Source of the DNA: Gemmatimonas sp.
GTDB taxonomy: Bacteria > Gemmatimonadota > Gemmatimonadetes > Gemmatimonadales > Gemmatimonadaceae
DNA length: 64,000 nt
Direction: 5' to 3'
Assembly: GCA_031414535.1 (NCBI GenBank)
Contig: JANNVQ010000002.1
Span: 1-64,000 of the forward strand
Both the position numbers and the translations under genes were made by a program. The notes under the pieces were generated by a model. That model had not been told where the DNA came from, ran no database searches, and was given only the letters and a program-made list of their open reading frames with translations. This document shows positions 56,470-64,000 of this stretch, piece after piece (position 1 is the stretch's first letter; every line of letters starts with the position of its first letter).

Positions 56470-58493
56470 TCGCGCTGCGTCACTCTGGGAGCGTCGCGCG
56501 GGGGCAGGAAGAACTCGCGCGGCGACTTTCGGAGGCGACGTAACACGCGAGCCGTGAGGCCGGTCGTGTCGCCGGGCGTGATGCCACGGGACCGCAGTGC
56601 AACCTTGAGCGCGAGGTAGAAACTCACCACGAGGTTCACGAGGCCAATCAACACGACGCCCGCCGCCGACACGACGATCACACGCCAGCCCGTCGCGAAG
56701 TCCAAGGCCTGCAGCGCGTATGCGAGGTTGGCTGAGGCAAAGGCGACATGTCGGATATCCACTGGCAAGCCAAAGAACGCCCCGACCGTCCCGGTAGCGC
56801 CCAGCATGCAGCCAAAGATGAAGTTGCCGGCCAAGGCGCCAATGTTGTTTTCCACGTAGACACTCACCCGGTCAAGCCGCGGCTGACCCAGCGTGCGCCG
56901 CAACCACTTCACGCGGCGCAGGCGCTGGGGAATGCGATGAAACAGTGACTGATTGTCGTAGTAGCCGGAAATCAGTCCGCTCAAGAACAAGTACACGCCC
57001 GCGATGGCTGCGTGGAACAGTGCGAGGCTTTGCCAGGGATTAAGATCGTGCAGCAGATGCTCGGCCTTTTCGAGGTTGACAGGCTCCCAACCAAGGAAGG
57101 TCTTGCCCACGAGCCCAATCGCGAGGGCCGTCAAGAAGCCGATGACCACGTTCCCCGCGATGGACACCCATTGGGTCCGACTCACTTGAGCGGCGAGCGC
57201 AGAGATCTGGGTGAGGCGCGTGTCACGATCCGTCGAGGCATCGAGTGCGCCCGCTAGGGTTGCGGCCGTCATCGCCGGTTGCTTGGTGGCAATCGTGAGA
57301 TGCAGGATGTGGACGAGCACGAAGCCCAGTCCGTAGATGAGACTGAACGCCACGGCTTGCCAGAATCCAGGAAGCCCAAGACTCCCTGCAAGAATTTTCA
57401 ACATCGCCATCACCGCGACAATCAATCCCGCACCGCAGGCCGCGCGCCACATCTCGCGGTACTCCGAGCGCGTGCTCGTCACATAGTGCTCACCAGACTT
57501 GCTCGCGTGCTCGGTGACGCGTCGCGCGAGGAGCTGCGTGGTGCCTTCAAAGATTGCGCCCATGCGGTTCCGGCGACTCTCCGCACGCACGAGCAGGAGC
57601 ATGAAGCGAATTGTGCGCGCGCGGCGTGCGCCTTCGGTGTCGGTTGGGTTTGCGAGCACGAGGAGTCGCAGCAGTTGCAGGCGCGCCACCAACTGCTCGA
57701 TGCGCGCAAGGACGAAGACGAGATTCACGTCCACGCCGCTGTCGTGTGACGTATTACGAATCTGCGTCACGAACTCGGTGCACTGGCCGAGGAGCAACTC
57801 GAGATACCCGTCGTGCGTGCTCGGCGCATCGGCCGCTGTCCGTGCCGTGATGAAGTGCCGCACCTCATCGCTCTGTGAGAGGAATGGCGACTCGTGACGG
57901 GCCAAGGCCGGTGAATAGCGGAGCAGGGAGGACTCCATGCCGAGCGCCGCCAAACGATGCGAGGTCATACGCATCGCTTCGAGCAGCTCGTGGTACATGT
58001 GCGCGCGCACTGGCGCGAATGCCTCGGTGTACACGCCCAGCCGATCGAACAGCGCGAGCCAGAGTTCCATGGGGATGGCGCCCACCCATTCGCCATCGTG
58101 CGCCTCGTCAAAGACCTCCGCGACGAGATCGCGAAGGAAGTAGGGGTCTACCGCGGGCGGAAGGAGGCTTCCAAGAAGGCGACTCCAGATGCCGGCCAAG
58201 AAGCCGGCACTCGCCAAGACTCCGGACTCCGCGTAGAGCGTACGGTGCATGCGTGACTTGAGCACCTGACGCAGGTGCTCCGCCAGCGCCTCAGCCAGTG
58301 CGGGCCGCTCGTCGAGGGTGGCCAAGAATCCCTCAAAACGGACACCGGCGGACGCGGAATCGCGGGCCCGCGCGGGCCGAATCAGCTGGACGAGCCGACC
58401 GAGGAACTCCGCCGAAGTCTCACCCGGCTGGCGGGCGATCTCGCGGAGGAGTTCCTCGGCGCCTTCGAGCGGGGGCGTGGCGGCGGTGGTCAC
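56466..58493 (-). CDS. Multi-TM protein of the Gcr / 'site-specific recombinase' family
   Basis: GEHYVT, GAG, ATKQPAMTA, RTQ....GNV, HAAIAG...FLSG.ISG and P.DIRHVAF motifs. Start uncertain. Confidence 0.8.
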   Translation of the reverse strand: MTTAATPPLEGAEELLREIARQPGETSAEFLGRLVQLIRPARARDSASAGVRFEGFLATLDERPALAEALAEHLRQVLKSRMHRTLYAESGVLASAGFLAGIWSRLLGSLLPPAVDPYFLRDLVAEVFDEAHDGEWVGAIPMELWLALFDRLGVYTEAFAPVRAHMYHELLEAMRMTSHRLAALGMESSLLRYSPALARHESPFLSQSDEVRHFITARTAADAPSTHDGYLELLLGQCTEFVTQIRNTSHDSGVDVNLVFVLARIEQLVARLQLLRLLVLANPTDTEGARRARTIRFMLLLVRAESRRNRMGAIFEGTTQLLARRVTEHASKSGEHYVTSTRSEYREMWRAACGAGLIVAVMAMLKILAGSLGLPGFWQAVAFSLIYGLGFVLVHILHLTIATKQPAMTAATLAGALDASTDRDTRLTQISALAAQVSRTQWVSIAGNVVIGFLTALAIGLVGKTFLGWEPVNLEKAEHLLHDLNPWQSLALFHAAIAGVYLFLSGLISGYYDNQSLFHRIPQRLRRVKWLRRTLGQPRLDRVSVYVENNIGALAGNFIFGCMLGATGTVGAFFGLPVDIRHVAFASANLAYALQALDFATGWRVIVVSAAGVVLIGLVNLVVSFYLALKVALRSRGITPGDTTGLTARVLRRLRKSPREFFLPPRDAPRVTQRD

Positions 58494-58538
58494 TGCGGGA
58501 ATTTGGCCACGGGACCCGCGGGGCGGCACCCTCTAACG

Positions 58539-58574
58539 CAGCGGGGGCGAGCGAAATGTCGCTCGCCCCTGCTG
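58539..58574. terminator. Strong hairpin after the NHL gene
   Basis: CAGCGGGGGCGAGCGA-AATG-TCGCTCGCCCCTGCTG; no U-tract. Confidence 0.5.
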
Positions 58575-58593
58575 TGTAGCGCCTACGGACTCG

Positions 58594-59772
58594 CTAGCGA
58601 GTAGGCCAAGGTGGGCCCTGATCGCGACGGCTGACTGTGCGCATCCCGCGATACACGAATCGTTGCACGCGTTTGCCCTCGTACGTCTCGGTTGTGAAGA
58701 TGTTGCCTCGCGAGTCCGTGGCAATTGAATGCACCGCGAAGAACTGGCCAGGCTGACGTCCGCCACCACCGAAACTGGTGAGCACCGAGAGCGTACGCCG
58801 ATCCAAAACGTAGACCTTTTCGTTCTTGCCATCCGCGAGGTAAAGAAAGCGCTGGGCGCTGTCTTTGGAGAACGCGATGTCCCATACGGCACCGTCGCCG
58901 AGTGTGCGCGGCGCGATCTGCACCTCGTTCACAAACTGGCCGTTGCGCCGAAACACCTGAATGCGATTGTTCGGGCGGTCGCAGACGTATACGAGGCCGT
59001 CGCTCGCCGGCTCGGCGCAGTGTACGGGATTGCGGAACTGCTGGGCGAGCGGTGCGTCCGGATTGTAGGGGCCCAAGTTAGAGTCCGAAGGCACGTTGCC
59101 ATAGGCGCCCCAGAATCGCTTGACCGCGCCGCTGGTCATGTCGAGTACCGCGACGCGCTTGTGTCCATATCCATCGGCTACAAAGGCCTCGTTGGCTGCG
59201 GGGTCGAACGAGATTTTCGCGACGCGACCAAAGTGTTCGGTGCTGCGACTATCCGCCGCGCGTCCCGGTACCCCGAGCGTGCGCACAAAGCGGCCGTCGC
59301 GCGTGAATTGCAGGATGTGCGAATCGCCCTGACCGTTGCCGCCAATCCACACATTGTCGCGGTGGTCAATGGCAATCCCGTGATTGGACATCGGCCAGGT
59401 GTAGCCCTCACCCGGCCCGCCCCATGAGCGTACGAGATTGCCTTCGGGGTCGAACTCGAGCACCGGCGGAGCGGGGCGGCAGCACTCGCCGGTCGGCGGG
59501 TTCTGCGCGGCGCCCACCTCGGTGCGCGCATTCAACGATTGCTCGCGATGGACGATGTACACGTGATCGCGGGAGTCCACGCCCACGCCGATCACCGACC
59601 CAATCACCCAGCCGTTGGGCAGCGGCTTGGGCCAAAACGGATCAACCTCAAAGTGTGGCGCCTGCACCGACTGCTGCGCCAACGACGCGCTGAGTCGGTC
59701 CTGACCGACCGCGAGACTGAGGATGGCCGCACCCAACACTGCGCCCACGAGAATCGTTCTCTTCGCTGACAT
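58594..59772 (-). CDS. Secreted NHL-repeat beta-propeller (PAL-like) protein
   Basis: FEVDPFWPKPLP, HGIAID, VADGYG..RV, HC......G.VYVCDR.N.RIQVF and HSIA.DS.GN motifs; GGAG RBS. Confidence 0.88.
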   Translation of the reverse strand: MSAKRTILVGAVLGAAILSLAVGQDRLSASLAQQSVQAPHFEVDPFWPKPLPNGWVIGSVIGVGVDSRDHVYIVHREQSLNARTEVGAAQNPPTGECCRPAPPVLEFDPEGNLVRSWGGPGEGYTWPMSNHGIAIDHRDNVWIGGNGQGDSHILQFTRDGRFVRTLGVPGRAADSRSTEHFGRVAKISFDPAANEAFVADGYGHKRVAVLDMTSGAVKRFWGAYGNVPSDSNLGPYNPDAPLAQQFRNPVHCAEPASDGLVYVCDRPNNRIQVFRRNGQFVNEVQIAPRTLGDGAVWDIAFSKDSAQRFLYLADGKNEKVYVLDRRTLSVLTSFGGGGRQPGQFFAVHSIATDSRGNIFTTETYEGKRVQRFVYRGMRTVSRRDQGPPWPTR

Positions 59773-59858
59773 CCTCACTCCAGACTTGAAGTCGCTGCTA
59801 TTGAAGGACTTGCTCCGCCCCCCTGTGGGACCCAGCGCATATGCTATATCTCTCAGCG

Positions 59859-61187
59859 GTGAAGCACCAGACGCGACTTTCTGTTCTCTGCGCATGCGCG
59901 CTCCTGCTGGCCACGCCGGCACGTCTCGTCTCGCACGAGATTCCAGCGCGCGTTGCCGTGCGTGCGTGGGTGGCGGCCCGTGATACCGTGCTTACGCTGC
60001 TCGTGCGCGTGCCGTTGGAGGCAATGCGCGATCTCGACTTCCCGGAACGGGCCAACGGGACTCTCGACATGACGGCCGTGCGCGGGCTGCTGCCGGACGC
60101 CGCGCGACTGTGGGTGGCGGAGGCAATCGTCGTCTACGCCGACGGCGCAGACGTGGGCCAAGGCAGGGTTCGCGCCGTGCGGGTGGCGCTGCCTGACGAT
60201 CGAAGCTTTGCCACATGGCCGTCGGCGTACGCCATCTTCGAGCGGCCGCTGCTCGGCGACTCCGTGAGCTTGCCGTGGCGTCAGGCCTCACTGGATGTGG
60301 CGCTTGAGTACCCGATTCCGAGCGCCTCGGCGAGACTCGAGATTGCGCCGCGCCTCGCGCGGCTTGGTGTGCGCACGCTGAGTGTGTTCAACATCGTGGC
60401 CGTTGATGGCAGCGTTCGAAGCCTCAGCTACGAGGGCGACCCAGGGCTGGTGAGCCTAGACCCGCGTTGGTGGCAGAGCGCCGCGCAGTTTCTACAAGTG
60501 GGCTTTGCGCACATCCTCGGTGGGGTCGATCACCTGCTCTTCGTGTTCTGCCTTGTGCTCCCGGTGCGACGCTGGCGTCCCTTGGTTGCGGTGGTGACTG
60601 CGTTCACGGTTGCTCACTCCATCACCTTGGCTGCCGCTGCGAGTGGTGCGCTTCCAACGGCGCTGTGGTTCCCACCGCTCGTTGAAGTCGCGATTGCCGT
60701 TTCCATCCTCTGGCTGGCGGTGGAGAATGTGTTGCTCCCCACCGAACGACTGGAGGGCCGCTGGAAGGTAGCGTTCGGATTCGGGCTCATTCACGGGTTT
60801 GGCTTCTCATTCGCGTTGCAAGACCAGTTACAGTTTGCGGGGAGCAACCTGCTGAGCGCCCTCGCGGCGTTCAATGTGGGTGTCGAGGCTGGGCAGCTGC
60901 TCGTGCTTGCCGTGTCGCTTGCAGTGCTTCAACTTCTGCGTCGGGGATTGCCCGCCGAGCGCGTTCATCTGCTGACCTGGGTTGGCTCGGCGTTGGTGGC
61001 TCACTCCGCGTGGCATTGGATGACGACGCGTTGGGCGACACTCGCTTCCTATGAAATGCGCGTGGCGATGCCAACGTTCGATGGCGCATTCGCGTTGCTG
61101 AGCATGCGCCTTGGCCTGATTGCGCTGATTGCCTGTGCAGCGGCGCTGGGCCTCCGGCAGTTTGTTTCACGATTCCTCCGTACCTGA
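59859..61187 (+). CDS. HupE/UreJ family protein with N-terminal periplasmic domain
   Basis: G..HI..G.DHLLF, TAFTVAHSITL, FGL.HG.GF and FNVGVE.GQ motifs. Confidence 0.88.
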   Translation: MKHQTRLSVLCACALLLATPARLVSHEIPARVAVRAWVAARDTVLTLLVRVPLEAMRDLDFPERANGTLDMTAVRGLLPDAARLWVAEAIVVYADGADVGQGRVRAVRVALPDDRSFATWPSAYAIFERPLLGDSVSLPWRQASLDVALEYPIPSASARLEIAPRLARLGVRTLSVFNIVAVDGSVRSLSYEGDPGLVSLDPRWWQSAAQFLQVGFAHILGGVDHLLFVFCLVLPVRRWRPLVAVVTAFTVAHSITLAAAASGALPTALWFPPLVEVAIAVSILWLAVENVLLPTERLEGRWKVAFGFGLIHGFGFSFALQDQLQFAGSNLLSALAAFNVGVEAGQLLVLAVSLAVLQLLRRGLPAERVHLLTWVGSALVAHSAWHWMTTRWATLASYEMRVAMPTFDGAFALLSMRLGLIALIACAAALGLRQFVSRFLRT

Positions 61188-61191
61188 CCGA

Positions 61192-61623
61192 GTGCCCACG
61201 CTTCTCATTCTACTCTCCGCCGTAGTGCTCGCATTCGGTGCAGCCGCGACTGACCGACGCGCTGGTGACGAGCGCAGCACCGCCGATGGCGTGTACACCC
61301 GTCGGCAAGCTGACGCTGGCCGCGACGTGTGGGCACTGGCCTGCCAATCGTGTCACGCGCCCACGCAGCACTCCGGTGCCACGTTTAAGGCCAACTGGTA
61401 TGGTCGTTCACTGGGCGAGCTGCTGGTGTACCTGCGCCGCGAGATGCCCAAGAACGAGCCGGGGACGCTCAGCGATGAGGAGTACATCACGCTCATCGCC
61501 TACCTGATGCGTGTGAACCGGATGCCGCCTGGCCAAGCCCCCCTCGCGGCAGACTCGGTTTCGCTACATCGTATCCGCATTGACTCGCTGCCGTCCGCAT
61601 CGCGAGACAGGAGCGAGCATTGA
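61192..61623 (+). CDS. Monoheme cytochrome c
   Basis: DGVYT..QA..G, CQSCH and MP...PG.LS motifs. Confidence 0.85.
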   Translation: MPTLLILLSAVVLAFGAAATDRRAGDERSTADGVYTRRQADAGRDVWALACQSCHAPTQHSGATFKANWYGRSLGELLVYLRREMPKNEPGTLSDEEYITLIAYLMRVNRMPPGQAPLAADSVSLHRIRIDSLPSASRDRSEH

Positions 61624-61657
61624 TTCCTGCAGGCCTCGTCACGTTCTGGAGCTACAA

Positions 61658-63895
61658 ATGATTCGTCTCTCCCACCGCGCTCTCGAACTGCGCACCCTCG
61701 CGCTGAGCACCCTCACCCTCGGCGTCCTCACGCTGTCTGCCGGAGCACTGGGCGCGCAATACGTTCGCCCGTCTACCGCGCCGGGTGGCGTGGGCCCGGT
61801 GGCGCGCCCTGATGCGCGCGGGAACGTGGCAGGCGAGTGGCGCGTCTGGGGTGGCGACGCTTGGAGCTCACGCTACTCGCCGCTCGATCAGATCAACGCG
61901 CAGAACTTCAATTCGCTTGAGATGGCCTGGCAGTGGAACGCCGGTGCCTTTGGCGCGGACGAGTACTACCGAGCCACGCCGCTCTACGCCAACGGTCGCA
62001 TATTCACGGTGGCCACCACGCGGCGCGTTGCTGTGGCGCTCGATCCCGAGACGGGTGAGACGCTGTGGTCGTATCGCCTCGATGAAGGCATCCGTTGGCA
62101 GAAGGCGCCGCGGCAGTTCGCGGGCCGTGGCCTCACGTACTGGACCGACGGCACGATTGAGCGCATCATCCTCGTGACGCCAGGTTATCACATGGTCTCG
62201 CTGGACGCGCGTACTGGCATTCCGGATCCGCGCTTCGGTCGCAATGGCATCGTGGACCTGCAGGACGGCCTTGGCTTCCCGCTGGTGCCGCTCGCGGTTG
62301 ACGACACTGGGTCGCTCGTCATCTCCGACGCCGCACCGTTGCGCCGCGCGCGTCCCGGCGAGGGCTGGAATGCACAGACGCGCACCGGTGCAGATGGCAG
62401 CGTGGGCATTGATCCCGTGCACGGGCAAATTGCCAACAGCTCGCCGGCCATCATGGTGAACGATGTTGTGGTCGTCGGTAACTCGAGCATTCACGGATAC
62501 TATCCGATTCGCGTGCGCAATCTGCCCGGCTTCATTCGCGGCTACGATGTACGCACGGGTCGCCAGATGTGGAAGTTCAATCTCGTGCCGCAGCCGGGTG
62601 AGTTCGGTGCGGAGACTTGGGAGCGCGGCTCGCGCATCGGCGACGAGGGCGTGGGCAAGAACGACGCTTGGGCCACCTACTCAGCGGACCCCGCGCTCAA
62701 CATGGTGTACATCCCCGTTGGCATGCCGCTGATGGACGAGTACGGCGGTCATCGTCCCGGCAACAATCTCTACGGCAATTCGCTCGTTGCCATTGATGCG
62801 CGCACGGGCCAGCGGAAGTGGCACTTCCAGATGGTGCATCACGACATCTGGGACTACGACAATCCCATGGCACCCAATCTCTTTGACGTCACGGTGAACG
62901 GCCGTCGTCGCCAAGTGATTTCGCAGGGTACCAAGCAGGGCTGGCTTTACACGTTTGATCGCGCCACGGGTGAGCCCATCTGGCCAATCGAAGAGCGCCC
63001 TGTGTTGCAGAGCGACGTACCGGGTGAGCGTACGGCGCCCACGCAGCCCATTCCCACGCGTCCCGAACCGTACTCGCAGCAGGGACTCGAGGCGGAGGAT
63101 CTGATTGACTACACGCCCGCGATTCGCGACTCGGCGTTGGCCATGGCGCAGAAGTGTCGGATGGGTCCGTACTACATCCCAGCCGTGCTCGCGGACGGTA
63201 GTGGCTCTACGGGACTGCGTTGCTCCTGGTATGCCCCGGGTGCGTCGGGTGGCGTGAACATTGATGGCGGCGCAGCCGTGGACCTCGAGACGGGGATGAT
63301 GTACGTGGCCGCGCTCAGCGGCTTGTCTACGATTTCGCTGCAGAAGGACCCCTGCTCGGAATTCGACTTTAGCTCACCTCGTGATAACTGCGGCCTGATT
63401 GGTGCGCTGCCGCCGCCAGCGGGCTACACGCCGCCTGCCAACCGCGGAGGCGGATTTGCCGGGCGCGGCGCAGGCTCGGTGCTGCATGGTGTGTCAATCT
63501 TGAAGCCGCGTGAGTTGGGCGGCATCACGGCGTACGACATGAACAGTGGCGACAAGCGCTTCTGGTTGCCGAACGGTGGTATGGTACCGCAGACGAGCAC
63601 CGATCCGCTCTTCGCGGGTGTGCAGATCGCGCCGCGGCCCGCGAGCGGGCAAGCGCAAATCATTGTCACCAAGTCGCTCCTCATCTACGGAACGGGCCGC
63701 TCGGGTGGCGTGCCCAACGCTACGCCGCGACTGTACGCGGTGGACAAGGCAACGGGGCGCGAAGTTGGCTCCGTTGAGATTCCCTCACGCACGACCGCCA
63801 TGCCGATGACCTTCATGCATCGCGGGAAGCAGTACATCGTGTTCGCCACGGGCGCGGGTGCGAACACCTCGCTCGTCTCGCTACGTCTGCCGTAG
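61658..63895 (+). CDS. PQQ-dependent dehydrogenase (glucose dehydrogenase-like)
   Basis: RYSPLDQIN..N...L..AW, RG..YW, WHFQ.VHHDIWDYD, K.G....FDR.TG.P.WP and PMTF...GKQYI motifs. Confidence 0.92.
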   Translation: MIRLSHRALELRTLALSTLTLGVLTLSAGALGAQYVRPSTAPGGVGPVARPDARGNVAGEWRVWGGDAWSSRYSPLDQINAQNFNSLEMAWQWNAGAFGADEYYRATPLYANGRIFTVATTRRVAVALDPETGETLWSYRLDEGIRWQKAPRQFAGRGLTYWTDGTIERIILVTPGYHMVSLDARTGIPDPRFGRNGIVDLQDGLGFPLVPLAVDDTGSLVISDAAPLRRARPGEGWNAQTRTGADGSVGIDPVHGQIANSSPAIMVNDVVVVGNSSIHGYYPIRVRNLPGFIRGYDVRTGRQMWKFNLVPQPGEFGAETWERGSRIGDEGVGKNDAWATYSADPALNMVYIPVGMPLMDEYGGHRPGNNLYGNSLVAIDARTGQRKWHFQMVHHDIWDYDNPMAPNLFDVTVNGRRRQVISQGTKQGWLYTFDRATGEPIWPIEERPVLQSDVPGERTAPTQPIPTRPEPYSQQGLEAEDLIDYTPAIRDSALAMAQKCRMGPYYIPAVLADGSGSTGLRCSWYAPGASGGVNIDGGAAVDLETGMMYVAALSGLSTISLQKDPCSEFDFSSPRDNCGLIGALPPPAGYTPPANRGGGFAGRGAGSVLHGVSILKPRELGGITAYDMNSGDKRFWLPNGGMVPQTSTDPLFAGVQIAPRPASGQAQIIVTKSLLIYGTGRSGGVPNATPRLYAVDKATGREVGSVEIPSRTTAMPMTFMHRGKQYIVFATGAGANTSLVSLRLP

Positions 63896-63898
63896 AGG

Positions 63899-64000
63899 CT
63901 AGGGCCGCCGCACGTAGCGCTTGAGGGCGCGCGGCCCAACCTCGGCACCATAGATGACGCCGTTGCGATCCACCGCCACGCCTTCCGCGGCGCTGGTGTT
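63899..64000 (-). CDS. C-terminal fragment of a probable NHL-repeat protein (runs off the window)
   Basis: Reverse strand reads NTSAAEGVAVDRNGVIYGAEVGPRALKRYVRRP*. Confidence 0.65.
   Translation of the reverse strand, partial: NTSAAEGVAVDRNGVIYGAEVGPRALKRYVRRP

Overview
GC-rich bacterial chromosomal window. Gene content and style (Ser/Thr kinase-TolB-TPR, PQQ/NHL/HupE cluster, FCB-type lipoproteins) suggest Gemmatimonadota, which is an inference. About 1-22.4 kb is housekeeping: valS-Big_5-gmhB-purN-purH, thrS, thiolase/hbd/acyl-CoA dehydrogenase/Leu dehydrogenase, rpiB-glyA-nnr-thiL-plsC-eno-ftsB. It is punctuated by a family of intergenic hairpins built from 7-bp GACGGAT units. Next come a Tat-exported GMC/TIM-barrel sugar oxidation operon, two tRNA(CAT) genes, a TPP riboswitch-controlled TonB receptor, a TIGR03546/TIGR03545 pair and a tsdA-soxCD-like/YeeE/ArsR sulfur cluster. 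Two loci stand out. (1) At 48.2-51.4 kb, two paralogous small secreted peptides share an identical C-x7-C-x18-C-x6-C framework. They are separated by five phased 11-bp direct repeats and followed by a beta-propeller protein and an ABC exporter. (2) At 53.8-56.5 kb, an ECF sigma/zinc anti-sigma/MsrPQ-like operon and a divergent Met-rich secreted peptide sit behind two identical back-to-back GGGAAC-N16-CGCTAC promoter motifs. No integrase, transposase, CRISPR array or rRNA was seen. Family names are from motif recognition only; no database searches were run.
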